Assembly: GCA_963709345.1 (NCBI GenBank)
Contig: CAVPVX010000010.1
Coordinates: 160,001-224,000 of the forward strand
Reading direction: 5' to 3'
Source: an uncultured Actinomycetes bacterium
Lineage (GTDB): Bacteria; Actinomycetota; Thermoleophilia; UBA2241
DNA length: 64,000 nt
Both the position numbers and the translations under genes were made by a program. Below are positions 50,764-59,913 of the stretch, in pieces. The notes below the pieces were generated by a model. It had not been told where the DNA came from. It ran no database searches and saw only the letters and a list, made by a program, of their open reading frames with translations. Every line of letters starts with the position of its first letter. The first letter of the stretch is position 1.

Positions 50764-52146
50764 GTGCTTCGTCATCTGCTCATCTTTGTCGTAGCTCTCG
50801 CGCTGCTGGTGCCGGGCGCCATCAGCGTGGTCACGAACGCCTCGAGCGCCTCGCCGGACCTCACGGACGCGCTTGTGGTCCCGGCGCAGCCCGTTCCCGA
50901 TACCAAGCCGACGATCGTCCCCACCGTCAGCCCGTCCCCAGGTGACATCACGCCGCCGGTCACCACGGCCACCGGCGCCGGCGCCGGGTGGCGCAAGACG
51001 CCGGCCACCGTGCGGTTCTCGGCGACCGACGCCGAGTCGGGCGTCGCCGCCACCGTCTACAAGGTCGGGAGCGGCCCGTGGGTCGTCGGCAACCAGGTCG
51101 TCGTCAAGGCGCCCAAGGATCACAGCGACGACGGCGAGCACGTGATCACGTACTACTCCGTCGACAACGCGCTCAACGAAGAGGCGGCCAGGACGGTCAC
51201 CGTCAAGATCGACACGCGGCCCCCGTACTTCGCCTGGCGCAGCGTGTCACCCAACCTGATCCGGCGCATCCAGAGCGTCCACCTGCGCTTCAACGTGACC
51301 GAGCGCACCGGCCCCGTGAGCGTTGCGTACACGGTCACCGACCAGTACGGCTACCTCGCGGTGAAGAAGTCGGGGCTCAAGCGGGCGGCCGGGGCACGGA
51401 GCGTCGACGTCGTACCGCGGTACAAGAACGGCAAGGGCTTCGCGCCCGGCGTGTACCGCGTGCAGATCACGATCACCGACGAAGCCGGCAACAGCACCGT
51501 GAGCAAGCGCCGGAGCTTCCGCAACTACCGTCCGACGAGCGGCCGCGTGTGGAGGCGGGTGAGCGGCGCCGGTAAGCGCGTCGCGCTCACCTTCGACGAC
51601 GGCGGGGCCGGGCCGTGGCAGAGCATGCTCAACACCTTCAAGCGCTACAACATGCACGGCACGTTCTTCCCGCTCGGCGGATACGCGGCGGCGAGTCCCA
51701 GTCTCATGCGCCGCACGGTGCGCGAGGGTCACGGCGTCGGCGCGCACGGCTGGACGCACACCGCCATGACCCGTCAGAGCGCCTCGGCGGTGCAGAGCGA
51801 GTGGCTACGCAACACCGCGCCGTGGTGGAGCGCGACCGGCTACTCACCGGTCCCGTACTGCCGGCCGCCGTACGGCGACATGAACGGCGGCACCACGTCG
51901 GCCTCCGCCGCTATCGGCTTCAATCGCGTGATCCTCTGGGACGTCGACCCCCAAGACTGGGCGTCGCCCGGCTCGGGCGTGATCGCCTCGAGAGTGCTGT
52001 CACGGGTGAGGCCCGGCTCCATCGTCTGCATGCACCTCACGTCGCAGACCGCCGCGGCCCTGCCGACGATCCTCAGGGGTCTCAAGTCCCGGGGCTACAA
52101 GGCCGTGAGCCTCCCCGAGTTGTTCCACGCCGCCGGCTACCGCTGA
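50764..52146 (+). CDS. Secreted polysaccharide (peptidoglycan) deacetylase with N-terminal Ig-like domains
   Basis: Signal peptide; ITYYSVD Ig-like segment; VALTFDDG, HGWTH, RPPYG, WDVDPQDW, CMH. Confidence 0.88.
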   Translation: MLRHLLIFVVALALLVPGAISVVTNASSASPDLTDALVVPAQPVPDTKPTIVPTVSPSPGDITPPVTTATGAGAGWRKTPATVRFSATDAESGVAATVYKVGSGPWVVGNQVVVKAPKDHSDDGEHVITYYSVDNALNEEAARTVTVKIDTRPPYFAWRSVSPNLIRRIQSVHLRFNVTERTGPVSVAYTVTDQYGYLAVKKSGLKRAAGARSVDVVPRYKNGKGFAPGVYRVQITITDEAGNSTVSKRRSFRNYRPTSGRVWRRVSGAGKRVALTFDDGGAGPWQSMLNTFKRYNMHGTFFPLGGYAAASPSLMRRTVREGHGVGAHGWTHTAMTRQSASAVQSEWLRNTAPWWSATGYSPVPYCRPPYGDMNGGTTSASAAIGFNRVILWDVDPQDWASPGSGVIASRVLSRVRPGSIVCMHLTSQTAAALPTILRGLKSRGYKAVSLPELFHAAGYR

Positions 52147-52210
52147 CGCTCGTCCGGCGGCGGGCGGCCGCCTCGCGGCGACGCTTGCCGAAGGCCCCGC
52201 GCCGGAACCG

Positions 52211-54157
52211 TCAGACCAGCGCGCCGGGGGCCGAGCCGCCGGTGGCGCGCTCGGCGATCGCCTCGAGGAATGCGTCGCCGTACCGTTCCAGCTTGGTCTG
52301 CCCCACACCCGTGACCTCGAGCAACTCCGCGTACGTGGCGGGACGGCGGGCGGCCATCTCAGCCAGGGTCGCGTCGCTGAACACGACGTAGGCCGGCACA
52401 TTCTGCTCGTCGGCCAGCCGCTTGCGCAGGGCGCGGAGCGCCTCGAACAGCACCTCGTCGACCGGCAACCCGGCGAGTTCGGCCGCGCGCCCGGCCTGCG
52501 CCGCGCGCAGGCGCTGCTTCTTGGTCGGCACGCGGGTGCGCGGCCTGGCCAGCGTCAGCGACTGCTCGCCGCGGAGCAGCGGCCGCGCCGCCTCCGTAAG
52601 GCGCAGCGCCGAGAAGCGGGCGATGTCCTGCGCCAGGTAGCCGCGGTGGATGAGCTGGCGCATGAGGCTCTGCCAGTGGTCGCGGCTGAGCTCGGCGCCG
52701 ATGCCGAAGGTGCTGAGCTCGTCGTGCCCGCGGCTCAGCACCTTGTCGTTCTCCGAGCCGCGCAGGACATCGATGACGTAGGCCACGCCGTAGCCGAACC
52801 CGTCGCGCTCGTGTAGCCGGTACACACAGCTCAGCGCCATCTGCGCCTGCTCGGTCGCGTCGAAGGTCTCAGGCGGATCCAGGCAGATGTCGCAGTTGCC
52901 GCACGGCGCCGGGTACGCCTCGCCGAAGTAGCCGAGCAGCGCCTCTCGCCGGCAGCTGAGCCCGTCGGCGTAGCCGACCATCGCGTTGAGCTTGTGGGTC
53001 TCGACGCGCACCCGATCCGGGTCGCGCTCGACGTCCTCGTCGCCGTTCGGCCCGGTGCGGCCGCGGCCGCCGCCCTCGATGAGGCTGCGCACGACGGCGG
53101 CGTCGCCGAGGCCGAAGAGCAGCAGGGCCTCGGCCGCCAGCCCGTCGCGGCCCGAGCGGCCCGTCTCCTGGTAGTAGCTCTCGATGCTCTTGGGCAGGTC
53201 GTAGTGGACGACGAAGCGCACGTCGCTCTTGTCGATGCCCATGCCGAAGGCCACGGTGGCGACCACCACGGCGACCTCGTCGCGGGCGAAGGCGTCCTGG
53301 GTGCGTCGCCGCTCGTCCGCCGGTAAGCCGGCGTGGTAGGCGGCGGCGCTCACGCCGTGGGCGCGCAGCTTTCCGGCGACCTCCTCGGTGCGCTTGCGCG
53401 AGAGGCAGTAGACGATGCCCGACTCGCCCTCGTGCGCGCCGAGAAAGCCGACCAGCTGGTGGAGCGGCTCGCGCTTCTCGACCACGGTGTAGCGGATGTT
53501 GGGCCGGTCGAAGCCGCTGACGAAGAGCGGCGCGTCGGCCAGCCCCAGACGCTCGCGCACGTCCTGGCGCGTCTCGGGGTCGGCGGTCGCCGTGCAGGCG
53601 AGGATCGGGACGGCGGGGAACAGGTCGCGCAGCCGGCCCAGCTGGACGTACTCCGGGCGGAAGTCGTGGCCCCACTGGCTGACGCAGTGCGCCTCGTCGA
53701 TGGCGAAGAGGGCGATTCCGTCGCCGTCGGCCAGCTCGCGCAGGCGGTCGAGGAAGGACGGCATCATGAGCGTCTCGGGCGCGACGTAGAGGAGGTCGAG
53801 CTCGCCGCCGTGCAGGGCGCGCAGGACGCTGCGCGCCTCGTCGGCCTCGAGTGAGGAGTTGTACGCGGCAGCGCCGACGCCGTCCGCCCGCAGCGCGTCG
53901 ACCTGGTCCTTCATCAGCGAGATGAGCGGCGACACGACGACGCCGGTGCCGGGTCGCACCATGGCCGGCAGCTGGTAGCAGAGCGACTTGCCGCCGCCGG
54001 TGGGCATGAGGACGAAGGCGTCGCCTCCGGCGACCATGTGGTCGACGATCTCCTCCTGGTCCGACAGGTACTCGGTGAAGCCGAAGACGTCGCGCAGCAG
54101 GGCGCGAGCGGAGCGCGGCGACGCCGCGGAGCCGGTGGGGGTGGAAGCCGGGATCAC
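52211..54157 (-). CDS. recQ: ATP-dependent DNA helicase RecQ
   Basis: MPTGGGKSLCYQ, DEAHCVSQWGHDFRP, YYQETGRSGRDG, CGNCDIC, RQC and HRDC domains. GTG 54157 lies 7 nt after TGcTAGACT. Confidence 0.95.
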   Translation of the reverse strand: MIPASTPTGSAASPRSARALLRDVFGFTEYLSDQEEIVDHMVAGGDAFVLMPTGGGKSLCYQLPAMVRPGTGVVVSPLISLMKDQVDALRADGVGAAAYNSSLEADEARSVLRALHGGELDLLYVAPETLMMPSFLDRLRELADGDGIALFAIDEAHCVSQWGHDFRPEYVQLGRLRDLFPAVPILACTATADPETRQDVRERLGLADAPLFVSGFDRPNIRYTVVEKREPLHQLVGFLGAHEGESGIVYCLSRKRTEEVAGKLRAHGVSAAAYHAGLPADERRRTQDAFARDEVAVVVATVAFGMGIDKSDVRFVVHYDLPKSIESYYQETGRSGRDGLAAEALLLFGLGDAAVVRSLIEGGGRGRTGPNGDEDVERDPDRVRVETHKLNAMVGYADGLSCRREALLGYFGEAYPAPCGNCDICLDPPETFDATEQAQMALSCVYRLHERDGFGYGVAYVIDVLRGSENDKVLSRGHDELSTFGIGAELSRDHWQSLMRQLIHRGYLAQDIARFSALRLTEAARPLLRGEQSLTLARPRTRVPTKKQRLRAAQAGRAAELAGLPVDEVLFEALRALRKRLADEQNVPAYVVFSDATLAEMAARRPATYAELLEVTGVGQTKLERYGDAFLEAIAERATGGSAPGALV

Positions 54158-54261
54158 GCCGTCGAGTCTAGCAAGGTTGACGGACGCACGAGTCGGGGCC
54201 GGGTGCGCTCGCGGCGAAGGGCCGGCCGCCACGGGTAAGATAGCCGTCGAGGAGGTTCGTC

Positions 54262-54705
54262 ATGAAGTACAGCTCAGCCCGGCTCGGCCGCGTCATCGTC
54301 ATCCGTCTCGAGGACGGTGACGTCGTGCACGAGTGCATCGAGGAGGCGGCGCGAGCCGAAGGCATCGCGCGCGCCGCCGTCATCCTGCTCGGCGGTGCCG
54401 ACGGAGGCAGCCGGGTGGTCGTCGGCCCGGAGGACGGCCGCGCCGACCCCATCGTGCCCATGGAGCGCCTGCTCGACGACGTGCACGAGATGGCCGGCGC
54501 CGGCACGATCTTCCCGGACGAGAGCGGCCGGCCGGTGCTGCACCTGCACGCGGCCTTCGGCCGCGACGACCAGGTGACCGCCGGCTGCATCCGCAGCGGC
54601 GTCACGACCTGGGTCGTCGGCGAGGCCGTGGTCATCGAGCTCACCGCCAGCGCGGCGGTCCGGCGCGTCGATCGGGCTACGGGATTCGAACTGCTCGACG
54701 CCTGA
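54262..54705 (+). CDS. PPC domain (DUF296) putative DNA-binding protein
   Basis: IRLEDGD, EMAGAGTI, LHLHAAFG, AGCI; GAGGAGG RBS. Confidence 0.82.
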   Translation: MKYSSARLGRVIVIRLEDGDVVHECIEEAARAEGIARAAVILLGGADGGSRVVVGPEDGRADPIVPMERLLDDVHEMAGAGTIFPDESGRPVLHLHAAFGRDDQVTAGCIRSGVTTWVVGEAVVIELTASAAVRRVDRATGFELLDA

Positions 54706-55080
54706 GTGATCTCAGGCCGCCGCCCGGCGGCGAGACCCGGCCGGCCGGACCGCCGCGACCTGGGCGCGCGCATGGAGGTGGCTGTCAACGTTGTCGACCG
54801 AGGCGAGCGCCGACCCCGTCCCCGAAGGCGTGCCGCAGGCGTTCGCGGCCCGGGCATGCTTCGCGCGGGCTGCCGCGGTCCTTGTCGCGCGGCCACCGCC
54901 AGGCCTCGCTGAGCCGCGCCTCCCTCAGGGTCCGCCGGCCTGGCCGGCGGACCCTGGGACGTTCCCCGGGCAGCGGTCCCGGGCGTCAGCCCGCGGCCGG
55001 TCGTCCGCACTCCTGCCGCGGCCTGTCGCATCGTTTGCGCCTGTGCGAGAATGCCGTCAGGCGACATGGGGAGGCGGACC

Positions 55081-56154
55081 ATGCAAAGGGTCTGGTTGTC
55101 GGTGAGTGGTGTGGCGGCGGTCATCGCGGCAGTGGTCATCCTGGCGATGACCGGCGTCACGGCGGGGGAGGCGGGCGCGTCGACCGGCCTCGCGGCTGAC
55201 CCGTCGCCCGACCCCTCGCCCAGCGCGACTCCTTCGCTCACGCTCACGGCGACCCCTGGAGCCCTGACGGCCGGCGACGCGGTGCGCCTCACGGCGCGGC
55301 TCGGAGTCGCCGGGCAGGCGCTGCGGCTGAGCCGCCGGGTCGGCGAGACCGCCGGTTTCTCGCCGGTCTCCGAGCTCTTCACGGGCGCCACCGGGGCGGT
55401 CGCCTGGCGGCTGCGTCCTCGCGCGACGACCACCTTCCGCGTCGAGTATGCCGGCAACGATGAGTGGCTGCCGGCCTCCGCGGACGTCACGGTCACGGTC
55501 CGGCCCCTGATCCGCCTCACTGCCCCGACCCGTGTCACCAAGGGTGCGAGCGCCCGGCTCGGCCTGCGTGTGGCGCCGGCGCATCCCGGGTCCGTCGTCA
55601 CCATCGAGTTGTGGCGGGACGGCGGCTGGGTCCGCTGGCGGGATGTGCGGCTGAACAGCGAGTCCCGCAGGGTGATCAGGTGGCGCGCCGACCGGGTCGG
55701 CCGGCAGCCGGTCCGCGTCACCATGGCGGCGGACGAAGCGCACGCCGCAGGCCGCTCCGCTGTGCGCCGCATCCGGGTCGTCAAGCTCAATCCCTACGGT
55801 GTGCCGGTGACCCTGAAGCGGATCGTCGTCGTCGACAAGTCGCAGTATCGCCTGCACTTCTACTCGTACGGGCGTGAGATACGCTCGTTCCCCTGCGTGC
55901 TCGGACGGCCGGGCCTGCCGACGCCCCTCGGCCGCTTCCGCATCTACGCGAAGGGCATGTGGCCGGGTGGTCCCTTCGGCGCGCGGATCATGTCGTACCA
56001 CTCGCCGTACGCGATCCACGGCACCAACGAGCCGCACCTGCTGAGCCGCTTCCCCCGCAACTTCTCGCACGGCTGCACGCGGCTGGCAAACGCCAACGCC
56101 GTCTGGCTCTACGACCACGCACCCGTGGGCACACCGGTGTGGAACGTGCCGTGA
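55081..56154 (+). CDS. L,D-transpeptidase (YkuD) with N-terminal beta-sandwich domains
   Basis: Signal peptide; VVDKSQYRL, TPLGRF, AIHGT, SHGCTR. Confidence 0.88.
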   Translation: MQRVWLSVSGVAAVIAAVVILAMTGVTAGEAGASTGLAADPSPDPSPSATPSLTLTATPGALTAGDAVRLTARLGVAGQALRLSRRVGETAGFSPVSELFTGATGAVAWRLRPRATTTFRVEYAGNDEWLPASADVTVTVRPLIRLTAPTRVTKGASARLGLRVAPAHPGSVVTIELWRDGGWVRWRDVRLNSESRRVIRWRADRVGRQPVRVTMAADEAHAAGRSAVRRIRVVKLNPYGVPVTLKRIVVVDKSQYRLHFYSYGREIRSFPCVLGRPGLPTPLGRFRIYAKGMWPGGPFGARIMSYHSPYAIHGTNEPHLLSRFPRNFSHGCTRLANANAVWLYDHAPVGTPVWNVP

Positions 56155-56234
56155 GCGGCCGCTCTCCGGGCTCCGCTCCCCCTCGCTGAAGCGTCGTCGC
56201 GCGCGCCGCGCAGCGCCGCCGGCCAGACATGATG

Positions 56235-56274
56235 AAAACGGGGGCGGGGAGCGTCGGGTGACGCTCCCCGCCCC
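56235..56274 (-). terminator. Intrinsic terminator downstream of cooS
   Basis: 15-bp stem GGGGCGGGGAGCGTC/GACGCTCCCCGCCCC followed on the minus strand by CGTTTT. Confidence 0.7.
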
Positions 56275-56351
56275 GCCTGCTCACGGGCGTGCCGTCTGTC
56301 GGGATGGGTGGCCCGCTGCGCCCCCTCGATGGGCCCGGGCGCTCGGCTTGG

Positions 56352-58217
56352 TCAGATCCCCAGCGCAGCCCGCTTCTCGTCGATCCAGGCGAGCATCGCG
56401 GCGACTGCTTCGACCGGGTCGCTCTCCACGGCGAGCTTGCCGCCGGTGACGCCCGGCAGGTCCTCGGTCACGAGCTTGACCAAGTTGGGCGCGCCGGTGA
56501 CGAAGGGCACCGGGTTCACGTGCGTGTAGAGGCCGAAGGCCAGCGCCGCCATGGCGTCGATGGTCGCCTTCTGCTCCATGTACTCGGGCGCTGTTGCCAC
56601 GACTGGCAACGCCGGCACATCCACGCCGAGTGCGTCGGCGATGGCGCCGACGAGCAGCATGATGCGGCCGGTGTCGGTGCAGGTGCCGAAGCTGAGCACC
56701 GGCGGGATGCCGAGCAGCTCGCAGACGGCCTTGAGGCCGGGGCCGGCGAGCTCCTTCGCCTCCGGCGTCTGCAGGCCGGCCACCTGCAGGCCGGCGTTGC
56801 CGCAGCCCATGGCCAGCACGAGCACGTCGTTCTTGATGAGTTCCTTCGCCATGGCCACGGTCATGGAGTCCTGGGGACCGTCGCGCAGCGTCGTGCAGCT
56901 TACAAGGCCACAGACGCCCTTGAGGGTGCCGTTCTTGATCACGTCGAGCAGCGGGTCGAGGCTGCCGCCGAGCGCGCCGAGGATGCTCTCGGTGCTGAAT
57001 CCGGCCACGGCGTCGCCGGTGCGCAGCTCCGGGGTCTCCTGGCCGAGCGCTCTGCGCTTCGGGTAGTTGGCGACGGCGAAGTCGATGAGCTGCTGCGCCT
57101 GCTCGCCGGCGTTGGCCGCGTCGAAGACGATGGGCGCCTCGGCGCCGTCGACGCCGATCACGTCGCTGACCGGGATGAGCAGGGTGCCGTGGGCGGCGCA
57201 GGTTGCGCCGAGGGTCGGCACGGTGCAGTTCATGTCGGCGGCGAACACGTCGAGGCCGCCGGTGGCGACGGCCAGCTCCTCGGTGAGCCAGTTGCCGGTG
57301 AGACCGACGAACACGTCGTCCACCTCGAATCGCTGGACGAGCTCCTGGCCGGTCTCGATGGACCCGACGATGCGCAGTCCTTTGGCGCCGGCGGCCTTTG
57401 CCTTCTCCTGAGCTGCCGGTACGTGAGCGGCGTCGATCAGCGCCGCGCCGATCATGGGCTCGTGGCCGTTCACTGCGATGTTGACGTACTCGGGGTCGAT
57501 GATGCCGAGGTCGACCTTGATCGCGTGCGGCGTCGGCGTGCCGAACAGCGCGTCCTGCGCCAGCTCGAGCGGGATCTGGGCGCCGTACGTGGTGGCGATG
57601 CCGAGGCGGAGGGCTTTGAGCGCGAGACTCACGTAGTTGCCGTCGACGTTGGTGAGGCAACTCGAGGTGGCGAACACGTTCTCGTGCAGGACGCCGCCCG
57701 GCATGATGCCGAGCTCCTTCCACTTGGCCACTCGCGGCGCCGGGGCCAGCTTCTCGACGAACGGCGACGGGCTCTGGTGGTCGCGGCTGAACTCGGTGAG
57801 GATCGCGTCGGCCACGCGTTTGGGGAGCGTGTCCCTGGGCTCGACGGACTCGCCGACGACGCCGGCGAGCGTCTCGAGCTTGCTCCAGTCCTTGATCTCG
57901 TAGGTGCCACCGGGCTTCGCCTGCGCCAGGGTCTTCATGACCTCGGTGGCGTGGTAGGTGTAGGTGGCGGTGCCCATCGTGTTCTGCAGCAGGAAGTTGC
58001 GCATCGCCATGCCGTCGGCGTCGATGCCGCACACGCCGCGCGGCGCCTTCGCCGTGATGCGGCACGGGCCCTGCGAGCAGAGCGAACAGCGGATGCCCTG
58101 TTCGCAGAACGAACAGCGCTTGCCCATGTCGTCCATACGGTCGAACGAGGTGCTCTCGCCGGCCGCCCGCGTCTTCTCGAGCATCGTGTTGACCGAGCCG
58201 TGGTGACTGTCTGCCAT
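56352..58217 (-). CDS. cooS: Anaerobic CO dehydrogenase family protein, atypical C-cluster (CooS-V-like)
   Basis: CSFCEQGIRCSLCSQGPC, GVCG, NGHEP, DMNCT, GCG, GTCTD, PEYMEQKA; ETGQE where the canonical motif is CCTGNE. Confidence 0.9.
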   Translation of the reverse strand: MADSHHGSVNTMLEKTRAAGESTSFDRMDDMGKRCSFCEQGIRCSLCSQGPCRITAKAPRGVCGIDADGMAMRNFLLQNTMGTATYTYHATEVMKTLAQAKPGGTYEIKDWSKLETLAGVVGESVEPRDTLPKRVADAILTEFSRDHQSPSPFVEKLAPAPRVAKWKELGIMPGGVLHENVFATSSCLTNVDGNYVSLALKALRLGIATTYGAQIPLELAQDALFGTPTPHAIKVDLGIIDPEYVNIAVNGHEPMIGAALIDAAHVPAAQEKAKAAGAKGLRIVGSIETGQELVQRFEVDDVFVGLTGNWLTEELAVATGGLDVFAADMNCTVPTLGATCAAHGTLLIPVSDVIGVDGAEAPIVFDAANAGEQAQQLIDFAVANYPKRRALGQETPELRTGDAVAGFSTESILGALGGSLDPLLDVIKNGTLKGVCGLVSCTTLRDGPQDSMTVAMAKELIKNDVLVLAMGCGNAGLQVAGLQTPEAKELAGPGLKAVCELLGIPPVLSFGTCTDTGRIMLLVGAIADALGVDVPALPVVATAPEYMEQKATIDAMAALAFGLYTHVNPVPFVTGAPNLVKLVTEDLPGVTGGKLAVESDPVEAVAAMLAWIDEKRAALGI

Positions 58218-58286
58218 GGTCCCTCCTGGGAGTTTTGGGAGATTTGAGGCGCTGTATGCGCCGGTCGACCGATCCGGGCGCCGGAC

Positions 58287-58670
58287 TCAGCCGTGGATGA
58301 GCGCCGGCAGGCACTTGACGCAGACCCAGGCGCTCTCGCCCCTGGTCCGCGCCGGGAAGAGGATCGCGTCCATCTCGCTGCGACCGCAGTTCATGCAGGT
58401 CTGGGTCATGGCGACGCCGGCGGCCAGCTTCTCGGCCATCTTCTCGGCGGCCGCCTCTTCGTCGAACTCGGCGGCTTCGCGCTTCTCCACGGTCAGCGCT
58501 CCTTCGGGGCAGACGGCCAGGCAGAAGCCGGCACCGTCGCAGAGCTCCTCCTTCATGACCTTGGCCTTGCCGTCGACGATCTCGATGGCGCCCTCGGCGC
58601 ACGGGGTGACGCAGAGGCCGCAGCCGGTACAGAGGTCTTCGTCGATCTTCACGATGCTTCGGAGGGCCAT
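58287..58670 (-). CDS. 2x[4Fe-4S] ferredoxin with C-terminal CxxC...CxxC domain
   Basis: CTGCGLCVTPC, CDGAGFCLAVCP, CMNC...CVKC. Confidence 0.85.
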   Translation of the reverse strand: MALRSIVKIDEDLCTGCGLCVTPCAEGAIEIVDGKAKVMKEELCDGAGFCLAVCPEGALTVEKREAAEFDEEAAAEKMAEKLAAGVAMTQTCMNCGRSEMDAILFPARTRGESAWVCVKCLPALIHG

Positions 58671-58741
58671 GCGCTGCTCGCTTTCGCGTAGTTTTCACGG
58701 TGGTGACAGTGATAAGGGTACCCGGGAGCGCCCACTGGGCT

Positions 58742-58759
58742 CCTTGATCTGCGTCAAGG
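58742..58759. promoter_or_regulatory. Crp/Fnr-family binding site upstream of ferredoxin-cooS
   Basis: CCTTGATCTGCGTCAAGG matches TTGAT-N4-ATCAA at 9 of 10 positions; centred about 42 nt from a start site predicted from minus-strand TACCCT at 58715-58720. Confidence 0.7.
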
Positions 58760-58842
58760 CGGGCTGCGGCAGCCGTGCCGGGTTTGTACTTGAGGCGTAC
58801 CCGTCAGGCAGGTCCGCGGCCCCGTTGGGTGAAAAGGCAGGG

Positions 58843-59685
58843 ATGCCCAGCACGACCATCGACGTGAGGATCGAGTTCCTGAGCGCTCTGGCCCGCTCTC
58901 TTGCGCGCTGCGGAGAGAGCTCGGACGACATGGAGCGCGACCTCAACGAGTGTGCGGCCCGTCTGGGGCTGGGCGCGCAGTTCTACGTCACGCCGACGAT
59001 GGTGATGGCGTCGTTCGGCAGCGACGCGCACGAGCGAACGGTGCTGCTGCGCGTCTCCGAGGGCATCATCGACCTGCAGGCGCGCAGCACGATGCACGAG
59101 ATCGTCGAGGGGGTGAAGGCCGGGGAGAAGACGGCGGCGCAGGCGCTGGCCGAGGTCAATCTCATAGCGGCCGCCCCGCAGCGCTTCGCATGGTGGGTGC
59201 GGGTGCTGGCCTCGGGCGTCGGGGCCGCCTCGTTCGCCATCTTCCTCGGTGGTGGCTGGCGCACCTTCTTCGCCGCCGCGGTCGTCGCCATCTCTCTCTC
59301 GCTGCTCGTGATCACCGACTCCCGGACGCGCGACTGGCCCATCGTGCTGGCCGCCGTCGTCCTCGTGCTCATCGGGTCCCGGTTCGGAGCCTGGCTGGTG
59401 GGGGCCTCGCTGGGCGTGGCCATCGCCAGTTTCGTCCTCGGCATGGTCGCGAACGGCTACGCGCGCCTCAGCCGGCGCCCCGCGGCGGTGCTGCTCATCC
59501 CGGGGTTGGCCGTGCTGGTTCCGGGAGCCCTGGGGCTTCGCGGCGTGACGGAGTTTCTTCGGGACGCCTCCGGAGGCATCGACGTGCTCACCGGTGTCGT
59601 GATCATCGCCGCCGGCCTCGTCGTTGGGCTGCTGGTTGCGGACGCTTTGCTGCCCGCGCGACGCCAGGCCGGCCGACCGGAGTAG
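58843..59685 (+). CDS. Threonine/serine exporter (ThrE) family protein, apparently internally shortened
   Basis: FYVTPT, IDL, FAIFLGGGW, PGLAVLVPGALG, GLVVG; only 280 aa. Confidence 0.7.
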   Translation: MPSTTIDVRIEFLSALARSLARCGESSDDMERDLNECAARLGLGAQFYVTPTMVMASFGSDAHERTVLLRVSEGIIDLQARSTMHEIVEGVKAGEKTAAQALAEVNLIAAAPQRFAWWVRVLASGVGAASFAIFLGGGWRTFFAAAVVAISLSLLVITDSRTRDWPIVLAAVVLVLIGSRFGAWLVGASLGVAIASFVLGMVANGYARLSRRPAAVLLIPGLAVLVPGALGLRGVTEFLRDASGGIDVLTGVVIIAAGLVVGLLVADALLPARRQAGRPE

Positions 59686-59913
59686 AAGCGGCCGCGTCGG
59701 GGCGCTCGCCGCGACGGAGGTGCCCTCTGCACGGCGAGTGGGTAAGTATCCGGTCGGGCGGCGGGCGTGGTGCGCGCGCCGTGTCGCGCGCCGCGTCACG
59801 CGCGCGGGAAGTGCGCCTGAGGCGCACACGTACCGCGCCGCGTATCGCGCGTTCGTGTGGCGCGCGCATCTCGCCCGCCGCCCGTTCCTTCCCCGGCGCA
59901 GAAGGAGGCCAGC

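Noticed and set aside
54670-54720. GGATTCGAAC resembling a tRNA T-loop on the minus strand
   Set aside because: T-stem does not pair, no cloverleaf, and it lies inside the PPC gene.
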